Made by a program: the position numbers and the translations under genes
From: Planctomycetota bacterium
GTDB taxonomy: Bacteria; Planctomycetota; Brocadiia; JAADGH01
Direction: 5' to 3'
Assembly: GCA_040755855.1 (NCBI GenBank)
Contig: JBFMAD010000040.1
Coordinates: forward strand, 999-64,998
DNA: 64,000 nt
Shown here: piece by piece, positions 1 through 8,354 of the stretch
How positions within the stretch are numbered: position 1 is the stretch's first letter
How the letters are laid out: the number at the start of each line of letters is the position of its first letter
The notes under the pieces: model-generated
Told to the model about the DNA's origin: nothing
The model's input: the letters and a program-made list of their open reading frames with translations, nothing else
The model's database searches: none

Positions 1-353
1 TTCTTCACCAGCCGGGCCGCGACGATCTTCAGCGCCACGGTCTTGTTCAGCCGCAGGTTCTGCGCCTTGTACACCGCCCCCATGCCCCCGACCCCGATCT
101 TGGAGACGATCAGGTAGTGGGCCAGGCGCTTACCGATGAGCGGGTCGGCGTTGTCGCTCGACTTGTCGCTTGACTTGCCGCTTGACTTGTCGCTCGTCTC
201 GGTGAGAATCTGTCCGCACCTCGGGCACTTCACCCGCTTCCCCGACATCTCGTCCTTGAGCGTCAGGTCGCAGTCGCACTTCGGGTTCGGACATTTGAAT
301 CGAACAGGCACCTTGCGTCCCCAACTGGCTACGGATATGAATCGGATTATCAT
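1..353 (-). CDS. Ser/Thr protein kinase, N-terminal part; CDS runs off the window start
   Basis: Own translation of a minus-strand frame that is absent from the ORF track because it has no stop in the window. ATG at 353..351, then MIIRFISVASWGRKVPVRFKCPNPKCDCDLTLKDEMSGKRVKCPRCGQIL (Cys pairs, zinc-ribbon-like). A Ser/Lys-rich linker SDKSSGKSSDKSSDN follows, then LAHYLIVSKIGVGGMGAVYKAQNLRLNKTVALKIV, which matches Hanks kinase subdomains I-II (GxGxxG ... VAxK). Confidence 0.8.
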   Translation of the reverse strand, partial: MIIRFISVASWGRKVPVRFKCPNPKCDCDLTLKDEMSGKRVKCPRCGQILTETSDKSSGKSSDKSSDNADPLIGKRLAHYLIVSKIGVGGMGAVYKAQNLRLNKTVALKIVAARLVK

Positions 354-469
354 TATACCCAAAGGATCATGGCGGTGCAATAGCATATCGTGGAATCCGA
401 TCTCCCATCTCCCCGAACCGGCGATTGAAGCGACGGAGCAAAAATGTTATCTTGAAGCGGCGGAACCCA

Positions 470-507
470 AAACCTCCCGGAGGTTTGGAACCTCCGGGAG
501 GTTGAAC
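470..507. repeat. Double palindrome AACCTCCCGGAGGTT-TGG-AACCTCCGGGAGGTT; a second copy lies at 51271..51303
   Basis: Read directly. Each 15-nt unit is self-complementary. A near-identical 33-nt element, aacctcccggaggtttagaacctccgagaggtt, occurs after the hydrogenase operon. Confidence 0.85.
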
Positions 508-533
508 GAAAAATTTTTCAACAGGTGCGCAAC

Positions 534-1574
534 ATGCCGACCCGCAGAGAAGCGATCAAGAAGGCCCTCGCCTTCGAACCCGTCACGCTCGTCCCATACA
601 ACTTGGATTTCACGAAGGACATGCGCGCTCGACTCGCGAAGCACTTCGGCCGCGATGACGTGGACGAGGCCGTGGGCAACTACATCCTCCAGATCAACAT
701 CGGCTCCAACGCCGGCGCGGAGGTCAACCGCGTGGCGGCCGGGCTGATGAAGCCCCTGGGCGGCAGCCGCTTCGAGGACGAGTTCGGCGTCCTCTGGGAC
801 AAGAGCGGCGGCGACGACATCGGCGTCCCCGCGAACCGGGTCCTCGCCGAGCCGGACGCCGATCTGCTCGGCACGCCCGACCCCGCCGACCCCGTGCGCT
901 GGCGGGGATACGACGATGTCCTGGCGACGGCGGGCGACCGGTATGTCCTGGTCTGCTTCAGCTCGCCCCTCTTCCAGCGGGCGTGGTTCATGCGCGGCAT
1001 GGCCGAGTGGCTGATGGACATGGCCGTGAACGAGGACTTCGTGAACGCCGTCCTCGACCGGCTGATGGACTTCAGCATCGCCCTCGTGCGCGAGGCGGCG
1101 CGCCGCGGCGGGGCGGACGGCATCTTCTTCTACGACGACTATGCCCAGCAGACGGGCCTGCTCTTCTCGCCCGAGATGTTCCGGCGCTACTACGCCCCGC
1201 GGCTGACGAATATCTTCGGGGCCGCGAAGGATTGCGGACTGGACGTGTTCCTCCACTCGTGCGGCGATGTGTCGTCCGTACTGGAGGATATTCGGACAGC
1301 GGGGGCGAACGTCTTCAATCCGTTCCAGCCAGAGGTGATGGATGTGGAGACGGTGGCGCGGCGGTTCGCCGGCCGGCTGGCCTTCTATGGGGGCATTTCC
1401 ACCCAGCGCACCATGCCCTACGGCACACCCGATGACGTCCGGCGGGAGGTGCGGCACCGCATCTCCCTCTTCCGCAACAGGGGCGGCTACATCCTTGCCG
1501 CGGCCCACGCCCTCCAGCGCGACGTGCCGCTCGAAAATGTCCTCGCCCTTCTCGATGCGGCGCGGGAGTCGTGA
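534..1574 (+). CDS. Uroporphyrinogen-decarboxylase (URO-D)/MtaA-like family protein
   Basis: ORF 525..1574. Family-typical C-terminal half: FFYDDYAQQTGLLFSPEMFRRYYAP...LHSCGDV...NPFQPEVMD...GGISTQRTMPYGTPDDVRREV. ATG at 534 is preferred over the GTG at 525, but the start is uncertain. Confidence 0.8.
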   Translation: MPTRREAIKKALAFEPVTLVPYNLDFTKDMRARLAKHFGRDDVDEAVGNYILQINIGSNAGAEVNRVAAGLMKPLGGSRFEDEFGVLWDKSGGDDIGVPANRVLAEPDADLLGTPDPADPVRWRGYDDVLATAGDRYVLVCFSSPLFQRAWFMRGMAEWLMDMAVNEDFVNAVLDRLMDFSIALVREAARRGGADGIFFYDDYAQQTGLLFSPEMFRRYYAPRLTNIFGAAKDCGLDVFLHSCGDVSSVLEDIRTAGANVFNPFQPEVMDVETVARRFAGRLAFYGGISTQRTMPYGTPDDVRREVRHRISLFRNRGGYILAAAHALQRDVPLENVLALLDAARES

Positions 1575-1693
1575 GGTAAACTCCTCAGTAATTTTCCCTT
1601 GACCGCAAGGCCGAATTCGATACGATATGTTCGACGACCAACTACTTCCGCTACAGACCGAATTCATATTTTGCATTTCAAGGAGGTATGAAT

Positions 1694-3409
1694 ATGGCCA
1701 AAGCTGAACGGCTCGGCTCGACCCAGAGCAAGAAGGGCACTGTGCCCACCTTCGGCGTCTGCGCCACCAGCGACCCGCGCATTGACGCGGCCTCGCGGCA
1801 GCGCTGCCAAAATATCGTCAAGATGACCGCCGACATCTTGGCCGGCAAGGTCTGCCTGCCCGACGGCGCGCCCGCGCGCGTCGTCTGGACGCCCGTCCTC
1901 ATTGACGGCGAGCCGCAGGCCGACATCGTGGCGCGTCAGTTCAAGGACGCTGGCGTGGACATGATCGTCTGCGTGCCCGACACGTGGGCCTTCCCGCAGC
2001 TCACGCTCATCTCGCTCATCCAGCAGTTCCCCCCCGACACCCCGCTCAACATCACCTGCGGCAACAGCGGGCCGAAGCCGGGGGTCGTCTATTGCCATGC
2101 CGTCAGCGGCGCCATCGCCCAGTACGGCCGGTTGATCCACATCAACGTCGGCACGTGGCCCGACACGGGCATGAACCCGGTGATGACCGACGGCACGGCC
2201 GCAAACCTGATTGATTGGGCCTATGCCGCGCTGGCCTATCAAGCACTCAAGGGCCGCCGCGTCGTCATTCTCGGCCACGACTCGATGGGCATGGAGACGG
2301 CCCTGGCCCACATCCTCCCCACGCGCAATACCTTCGGCCTCGAGATCACCCGGCTCGACATGAAGCTCCTTGCCGACATGATCCAGAAGGGGGCCTACGA
2401 CAAGAAGGAGCTGAAGGCGCTCCGCGCCTGGTTCGACAAGCGCCTCGGCAAGCGCATCGAGCTGCCGAAGAAGGCCGACAGCGACCGCTTCAACACGAGC
2501 CTCGCCATGTACCTCATCGTGCGCGACCTGATGAAGGACCTCAACGCCGTCGGCGGCGGGTTCATGAGCCAGTTGGAGTGGGGATCCGACCCGCGCGGCA
2601 TCCCCCTCCCGGTGGCCGACGGGATGGAGTCGCTCTTCAACTCGACCTTCGACCACACCGGCCGCAAGCCGCCCCTGCCCTACGCCACCGAGGCCGACGT
2701 GCAGGGCCTGCTCACGATGCTCTTCTTCACCTACCTCACCGGCGGCGCGCCGCCGCTCTTCATGGACTTCCGCAAGGTGTGGGAGCCGTGGGAGATCTGC
2801 GCCCTGGCGAAGAAGCTGGGCATCCGGCTTGACGGGGCCACCCTGTGGGAGCAGAAGGGCCTCGTGGACGGCGACAACTCCGGCAGCGCGTCCTTCGACT
2901 GGGCGGCGAAGCCGGGCGCATCGGTGGAGAAGATTATGAGCGGCATCTCCATGCCGCTCGCCGAGGCGAACTACTTCCCCGGCATGGGGAATTCCGTGAA
3001 CTTCGTCTCGCCCGCGGGCATTGACGGCATCGCAGGACGGATGGCCTACAGCTCCCTCTCGGGCATGTTCAGCCTCGTCTGGGACGAGGCGACGACGGTG
3101 GCGCTGCCGAAGAAACTCAGCGATGCGGTCTGCCGCACATCCACCCCGACGTGGCCGCACACCTTCGTCGTGCCGAGGTATGCGACGATGGTGGAGTATA
3201 AGCAGTACGCCCCTGCGAACCACTTCCACATGACCTGGGGCCTGACGCCCGCGCGGTTGCAGTTCTGGATGGACATGACGAACGTCCTCTCGGCGACGCC
3301 GTGGGCTGAGCGCCCCTGCTGGATCGAGGGCGTGGACCGGCCCCTGCCCCTCCTCTACGTCATCAACGGTGGGGAGACGCAGGCGAAGCTCATGCGTGCG
3401 CGGGGGTAG
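1694..3409 (+). CDS. L-fucose isomerase family protein (FucI-like sugar isomerase)
   Basis: ORF 1688..3409, about 570 aa. The size and N-terminal architecture (VPTFGVCATSDPRID...DMIVCVPDTWAFPQ) resemble FucI, with GHDSMGMETA and FMDFRKVWEPWE blocks. AAGGAGG lies 7 nt before the second ATG (1694). Confidence 0.7.
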   Translation: MAKAERLGSTQSKKGTVPTFGVCATSDPRIDAASRQRCQNIVKMTADILAGKVCLPDGAPARVVWTPVLIDGEPQADIVARQFKDAGVDMIVCVPDTWAFPQLTLISLIQQFPPDTPLNITCGNSGPKPGVVYCHAVSGAIAQYGRLIHINVGTWPDTGMNPVMTDGTAANLIDWAYAALAYQALKGRRVVILGHDSMGMETALAHILPTRNTFGLEITRLDMKLLADMIQKGAYDKKELKALRAWFDKRLGKRIELPKKADSDRFNTSLAMYLIVRDLMKDLNAVGGGFMSQLEWGSDPRGIPLPVADGMESLFNSTFDHTGRKPPLPYATEADVQGLLTMLFFTYLTGGAPPLFMDFRKVWEPWEICALAKKLGIRLDGATLWEQKGLVDGDNSGSASFDWAAKPGASVEKIMSGISMPLAEANYFPGMGNSVNFVSPAGIDGIAGRMAYSSLSGMFSLVWDEATTVALPKKLSDAVCRTSTPTWPHTFVVPRYATMVEYKQYAPANHFHMTWGLTPARLQFWMDMTNVLSATPWAERPCWIEGVDRPLPLLYVINGGETQAKLMRARG

Positions 3410-3469
3410 TTAGGGGAATGGCGGGCCAATGGCCCGGTGTCGAAACTCACACTTGAAGGAGAAAGAGTC

Positions 3470-4525
3470 ATGGACCCAATTCGTATCGGCGTAATCGGCA
3501 GCGGCGGCATTTTCCGGAACCTGCACGTCCCATACCTCGAGCAAACCAAGCTCGCCAAGGTGGTCGCCGTCGCCGACATGAACGAGGAGTCGGCAAAGGA
3601 AATGGCGCAGAAGTTCGGCGCCGAGGCCTACACGGACTACCGAGAGCTTCTCGACTGCAAGGACGTGGACGCCGTGGAGATTTGCACCCACCCGCGCCCC
3701 CACTGCAAGATGGCCGTCGCCGCGGCCAAGGCCGGGAAGCACATCCTCCTCGAAAAGCCCATGTGCCGCACCGTCGCCGAGGCGGAGAAGATGATCGCCG
3801 CCGCGAAGAAGGCGAAGGTCAGGCTGCAAGTGGCATACATGATGCGATTCAATCCGAATCTCATGAAACTGAAAGAACTCTTAGACAACGGCACGCTCGG
3901 CGAGCCGCACATGATCCAGTGCTGCCAGGTCGGCTACTTCCCGCCTAAGCACCCGTGGCTCTTCATCCGGAAGGAATCGGGCGGGATGCTGGTCGAGCAG
4001 GCGATCCACGTCTTTGACGAATGGCTGTGGCTCTACGGCCCGGCGAAGTCGGTCTATGCCCAAATGAGCCACGTGCCCATGGGCGGGACGTATCCCGCCG
4101 AGAAGAAGGCCGTGGAAAACAACGCCGTCATCACAGTCAACTTCAAAAGCGGCGCGACGGCGATGCTCATCAAGAGCTGGGCGTCGCAGGTCCGCTTCGA
4201 CAGCGTCGAGGGCGTGGTATGCTCGAAAGGATCGGCCAAGGTCTCGCAGTCCGAGCTGGTGTGGCAGACGCACGGCATGGAGAAGGCTGAGACGTTCTCA
4301 GCCCCCGTGCCGGACGACGATACTTATCGCAATATACCTGACCCGCAGAGGCAGAACCGCTACTGGTCCGTGGCCTCGAAGGGCGCGGGGATCGAGCACT
4401 GGCTCAAGTGCATCCTCGGCGAGGAGAAGCCGACGACCTCCGGCAAGGTCGGTCGCGACGGCATCGCCATCGCCGAGGCGGCCTACCGCTCCGCGGACAA
4501 GGGCAAGCCGGTGAAGGTGAAATGA
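3470..4525 (+). CDS. Gfo/Idh/MocA family oxidoreductase
   Basis: MDPIRIGVIGSGGIFRNLHVPYL is an N-terminal Rossmann motif, and EKPM is a family motif. AAGGAG precedes the ATG at 3470; the track ORF starts at an upstream GTG (3437). Confidence 0.9.
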   Translation: MDPIRIGVIGSGGIFRNLHVPYLEQTKLAKVVAVADMNEESAKEMAQKFGAEAYTDYRELLDCKDVDAVEICTHPRPHCKMAVAAAKAGKHILLEKPMCRTVAEAEKMIAAAKKAKVRLQVAYMMRFNPNLMKLKELLDNGTLGEPHMIQCCQVGYFPPKHPWLFIRKESGGMLVEQAIHVFDEWLWLYGPAKSVYAQMSHVPMGGTYPAEKKAVENNAVITVNFKSGATAMLIKSWASQVRFDSVEGVVCSKGSAKVSQSELVWQTHGMEKAETFSAPVPDDDTYRNIPDPQRQNRYWSVASKGAGIEHWLKCILGEEKPTTSGKVGRDGIAIAEAAYRSADKGKPVKVK

Positions 4526-4740
4526 TTACCAAATGCGGAGTGCGGATTGCGGAATGAACGGCAGGAAAGCTCGCGCAGAGGCGCAAAGACGCAGGGAAAG
4601 AAGACGCTGATTCACGCTGATTTCCACAGATCATTTTGACAGTCTCGGGTTTAGGGTTACTGGTTCTTATCTGATACCCCATTCCCCCCACACGCCCATA
4701 CTCCCACACGCCCACACCCCCAGACTCGCCACTCTTTTTT
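4526..4740. repeat. Word-like dispersed intergenic repeat block, related to 40975..41220
   Basis: Exact shared words: TGCGGAATGAA at 4548-4558 and 41049-41059. GACGCTGATT at 4603-4612 and 41067-41076. ACGCCCATACTCCCA at 4692-4706 and 28026-28040. ACGCCCACAC at 4708-4717, with its reverse complement near 40995-41004. CACGCTGATTTCCACAGAT at 4613-4631 matches the reverse complement of 41152-41170 at 16/19. Confidence 0.8.
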
Positions 4741-4910
4741 CCACAAAACCCTCGCCATTTCCTCGACCGGACGGTATAATATGCCTGCCCGGTGTGCGGC
4801 GTCGGGCGGTTCACACCACCAAGCACCGGGGGCAAGGCGTGATAACTATAGAGTCAATTAAGATTCTGTCCCCGGAATAGCATTGGTCTTCTGTCAAGGT
4901 AGAGTTCGAA

Positions 4911-5657
4911 ATGTTTCCTCGCGACTTTTTTGACACGTATTGGAGAACAGAAATACGCGACGAGATATTTGTTGCAATGCCGTTTCACGACGAATTCACG
5001 CCCGTGTGGACGGAGGCAATCCAGCCCGCCATTGATCATGACCTTGGTGGAACATTGCACGCTAAGCGTGTCGACGCGACTGTCCTCTGTGGAAGCGTCA
5101 TTACAGACATCCTGGATGGGATCGCCCATGCCAGAATTGTCCTGGCTGATGTGTCGGTGGCTCGCGATGGACACTGGGCGGGACAACGCAACGGAAATGT
5201 TATGTATGAGGTCGGAATTGCTCATGCCGTCCGACAGACAACAGAGATTCTGCTCATCCGATCGGACGATGAGCCTATCAACTTCGACGTTGCGCACATC
5301 AAGGTCCATAAATACTACCGCGCAGACCTTCGACAAACACGGGAGCAAATCTGCGCACTTGTGAAGGAGTTGCTTCGACAAATCGAACAAGAGAAATCAT
5401 TGAAAGTCACTCGTGCAATCGATCTCCTTGACGCAAGGGCAATGAGATACCTATCTGAATTTGCGGTCAAAGGTCCTTTCTGCGGCCCTGACCCCAAGAA
5501 TATGGGGGAGGAACTTGTTTCAATCTCGAACTATGCTGCGCTTGTGCGGTTGCAGCAACTCGGCATTCTCCGGTGGATACGCATGCCCAGTCCTTCGGGG
5601 TTTGCATTTCATCTGACTCCCTTTGGCAACGCAGTAGCAAAGCGACTTGGCCTCTGA
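4911..5657 (+). CDS. Hypothetical protein: N-terminal nucleoside 2-deoxyribosyltransferase/TIR-like Rossmannoid domain plus a possible C-terminal winged-helix domain
   Basis: The only long ORF in a visibly AT-richer stretch. Motif pattern IFVAMPF ... ARIVLADVS ... NGNVMYEVGIAHA ... ILLIRSD resembles NDT/TIR-like domains with a conserved acidic residue in the xELG/xEVG position. The C-terminus NYAALVRLQQLGILRWI...FHLTPFGNAVAKRL looks wHTH-like. Domain calls are from memory, not from a search. Confidence 0.75.
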   Translation: MFPRDFFDTYWRTEIRDEIFVAMPFHDEFTPVWTEAIQPAIDHDLGGTLHAKRVDATVLCGSVITDILDGIAHARIVLADVSVARDGHWAGQRNGNVMYEVGIAHAVRQTTEILLIRSDDEPINFDVAHIKVHKYYRADLRQTREQICALVKELLRQIEQEKSLKVTRAIDLLDARAMRYLSEFAVKGPFCGPDPKNMGEELVSISNYAALVRLQQLGILRWIRMPSPSGFAFHLTPFGNAVAKRLGL

Positions 5658-5804
5658 ATACCTCCGCCCCAATATGTCGCTGCAATGAAACCTGGCTGAT
5701 CTGATCTCCATCAATTTGCTGCCGTCTGCACCAGAAATCGCCGCCAAGACATAACACAGTGCCACCTTCAGTGAGGCTGGTGGGCCAAGGCCCCCCCTGG
5801 ATTC

Positions 5805-6890
5805 TCAGCTCCGAATGGGATACGCGCCGAAGTCCCGGCAGGTGGCGTAGAAAGCGAGGATGTTCTCGACGGGGGTGGAGGGGGTGATCTCGCTGCTGGA
5901 ACCGATGAAGTGACCGCCGCCGGGCGAAGCCGCGCGGATGCACGCCTTCGTCGCCTCGACGACTTCCTCCCGCGTGCCCAGGGGGAGGACCTGCGAGCAA
6001 TCCACATTGCCCACGAGAATCAGGTTCCGACCATACCGCTTCTTCAGCAGGCCGATGTCCATCCCCGCAATCGGCTCGACGGGGTTCAGCCCGCTGATGC
6101 CCGCCTCGATCATGTCGTCCAAAATTTCCATGACGTAGCCGTCGCTGTGGAAGATGACCTTTATGCCCGCGTTGACGAGCGGCTCGCACACGCGGGCCAG
6201 GCAGGGGATGAACGTCTCGCGCAGAAACGCCGGCGAGAACATGAGCGCGCCCTTGTAGGCGATGTCGTCGCCCACGAAGAACATCGGGCACAGCCGCTTT
6301 TCCGCGGCCACCGTCGCCGTGCGGACGGAGTTGGTGTTGAGGACGTTCATCAGCTTCTCGACGGCGTCGCGCGCGTCGTGGATGGCGTAGGAGAAGAGTT
6401 CCAGGCCCATCGTCCCGTACGTGCCGTGAAAGCCGCAGCCGTGGCCTGGGACGTACATGGTGTGCGGGCCGAAGCGGTCCTGCTGGGCTGTGGTGCTCTT
6501 GAGCCACGACTCGCGTATCTGCTCGGCCGTCGCCGGCCGTCCGTTCCACGCGCGCAGGTCGTCGAGGGAGCGGATGGCCTTCTTCGAGACCCATCGCGTG
6601 CGACCGGAGATGGTGATCTCCTGGCTCCCCTGTTCCGTGACGGTCCCGTCCTGCTCCTCCTTGAACGACGCGCCGTAGCCGCGGCAGAGGTCGATGCCGA
6701 GGGCGTGATAGACCTTCACCATGCCCGCATGGTAGTCGGCGTCGGGGGGATTGAAGTGCTCGAAGATGCCGCGGTTGTCGAGGTAGTCCCAGATGGGGAC
6801 GCGGTCGCCCTCCTCGAAGTTCATCGCGGCCATGATCCGGTCCCGGACGGTCGGGTCGAGCAGTCTGGTTACGCGCCAGTTGTTGTTCAT
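5805..6890 (-). CDS. Uroporphyrinogen-decarboxylase (URO-D)/MtaA-like family protein, second copy
   Basis: Same family blocks as the first copy: FFVGDDIAYKGALMFSPAFLRETFIP...IFHSDGYV...NPVEPIAGMD...LILVGNVDCSQVLPLGTREEV. Confidence 0.85.
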   Translation of the reverse strand: MNNNWRVTRLLDPTVRDRIMAAMNFEEGDRVPIWDYLDNRGIFEHFNPPDADYHAGMVKVYHALGIDLCRGYGASFKEEQDGTVTEQGSQEITISGRTRWVSKKAIRSLDDLRAWNGRPATAEQIRESWLKSTTAQQDRFGPHTMYVPGHGCGFHGTYGTMGLELFSYAIHDARDAVEKLMNVLNTNSVRTATVAAEKRLCPMFFVGDDIAYKGALMFSPAFLRETFIPCLARVCEPLVNAGIKVIFHSDGYVMEILDDMIEAGISGLNPVEPIAGMDIGLLKKRYGRNLILVGNVDCSQVLPLGTREEVVEATKACIRAASPGGGHFIGSSSEITPSTPVENILAFYATCRDFGAYPIRS

Positions 6891-7025
6891 AGTACTCTCG
6901 GTTCCTCAATGCAGGTTGATTGTGTTTTCGATTCGGCTCCTGTAGAATACTCGCGCAAAGCATACGGAAAGGTCCGTGCGTTTGGCAAGCGCTTTTGGCA
7001 ACCGAGTGTCATTGAGGTAAGGAAC

Positions 7026-8348
7026 ATGGCGACCGATCTGAGGGCCTTTGGCGTGGAGGGCGACGGGAAGACGGACGATACCGCCGCGCTGCAACATGCG
7101 ATCGAGGAAACCGCCGGGCAGATTCATCTGCCGCCCGGCCAGTACCGCATCACGAAGGGCCTGGTGGTGAACCTGGCCAAGCGCGGCAAGACGGAGATTC
7201 GCGGCCCGGGCGCGCGCATCATCAACGAGGGCAACGGACCGGCCATCCTCTTTCTGGGGACTCATGCGAAGTCGGCCGATCCGAAGGGCGTTACGGCGGA
7301 GGTCTGGGCGCGGGAGTCCACGCCGCTCATCTCCGGCATCGAGATCGCCGGCGCGGCGCCGGAGGCCGACGGGATCGCGCTGAACATGACGTGGCAGCCG
7401 ACGATCACGCATGTGACGATCCACGACTGCCGTCACGGCATCCACATCTTCAACACAAATCGCAACATCATCATCAGCAACAGCCACATCTACCACAACC
7501 GCGGCGTCGGCATTTTCTATGACGATGTGAATGTTCACCAGAGCATCATCAACACGAGCCACATCAGTTACAACGCGGGCGGGGGCATCAAGGTCCTCAA
7601 GGGCAACATTCGCAACATCCAGATTGTCGGGAACGATATCGAGTACAATTTCGGCGAGGACGGCGTCCCTGTCGGCGACGTCTGGTTTCTCGCGGGACCC
7701 ATCGGCATCCGCGAGGGAACCATCGCGGGCAACACGATCCAGGCGAAGCGCACCGCCGACGGCGCGAACGTGCGCATCGAGGGGATCGGGCCGGAGTGCA
7801 ACTACAAGGCGGGGCTGATCGCCATCACCGGCAACCTGATCACGAACCAAAACTGCAACATTCTCCTCCGCCACGCGCGCAACATCGCCATCACCGGCAA
7901 CACGATGCTCCTCGGTCCCGACCGGAACATCCGCGCCGTGAACTGCGACCAGATCGCCATCGGCAGCAACGTCATTGACGACATCCCCGACTACGGCGGC
8001 AGCACGGTCGGCGGCGTGGAGCTGGACGGCTGCACGGGATCGTCCATCAACGGCCTCGTCCTCCAGAATGCGAGGCACGGCATTCAACTGCGCCGGTGCT
8101 CCGAGATTAACGTGACGGGGTGCATCGTCAAGGAGCCGCAGGGGTGCGGCGTCGAGCTGATTGACACGGCGAACTCGCGCGTGTCCGACTGCATCGTCAC
8201 AGACAAGCGGGGCAAGAGGGCGATGACGGTCGCCATTCACGAAAGCGGAAAATGCTCCCGCAACATGATCCTCCACAACCGCGCCGACGGGGGGACCATC
8301 GAGCCGTCCGGGGAGGGGACGGTATGTGACGGCAATCTGGTGACGTAG
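7026..8348 (+). CDS. Right-handed parallel beta-helix protein (pectate-lyase superfamily / Pectate_lyase_3-like N-terminus)
   Basis: MATDLRAFGVEGDGKTDDTAALQHAIEE is a typical N-terminal block, followed by many short N/G/I-rich turns (IIISNSHIYHN, IQIVGNDIEYN, IAITGNLITNQ, IAITGNTML). The true start at 7026 lies inside the long track ORF 5910..8348, whose 5' part is antisense to the URO-D gene. Confidence 0.85.
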   Translation: MATDLRAFGVEGDGKTDDTAALQHAIEETAGQIHLPPGQYRITKGLVVNLAKRGKTEIRGPGARIINEGNGPAILFLGTHAKSADPKGVTAEVWARESTPLISGIEIAGAAPEADGIALNMTWQPTITHVTIHDCRHGIHIFNTNRNIIISNSHIYHNRGVGIFYDDVNVHQSIINTSHISYNAGGGIKVLKGNIRNIQIVGNDIEYNFGEDGVPVGDVWFLAGPIGIREGTIAGNTIQAKRTADGANVRIEGIGPECNYKAGLIAITGNLITNQNCNILLRHARNIAITGNTMLLGPDRNIRAVNCDQIAIGSNVIDDIPDYGGSTVGGVELDGCTGSSINGLVLQNARHGIQLRRCSEINVTGCIVKEPQGCGVELIDTANSRVSDCIVTDKRGKRAMTVAIHESGKCSRNMILHNRADGGTIEPSGEGTVCDGNLVT

Positions 8349-8354
8349 GGCGAC

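Noticed and set aside
345-360. TATAAT overlapping the kinase start codon (ggGTATAATGata on the minus strand) as a promoter for a leaderless mRNA
   Set aside because: A -10 box overlapping the ATG would place the transcription start downstream of the start codon, so this is most likely coincidental.
447-3229. Long minus-strand ORFs 447..1676 and 1664..3229
   Set aside because: They are antisense shadows of the URO-D-like and FucI-like genes. They have low-complexity R/A/G/H-rich translations and no motifs.
4404-4835. 143-aa minus-strand ORF
   Set aside because: It lies entirely within the word-like repeat spacer and has a low-complexity translation.
5910-7025. 5' two-fifths of track ORF 5910..8348 (+), and ORF 5467..6963 (-)
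   Set aside because: They lie antisense or out of frame to the well-supported URO-D-like gene 5805..6890. Their Arg/Ala/Gly/Pro-rich composition is typical of high-GC shadow ORFs. The beta-helix protein starts at 7026.
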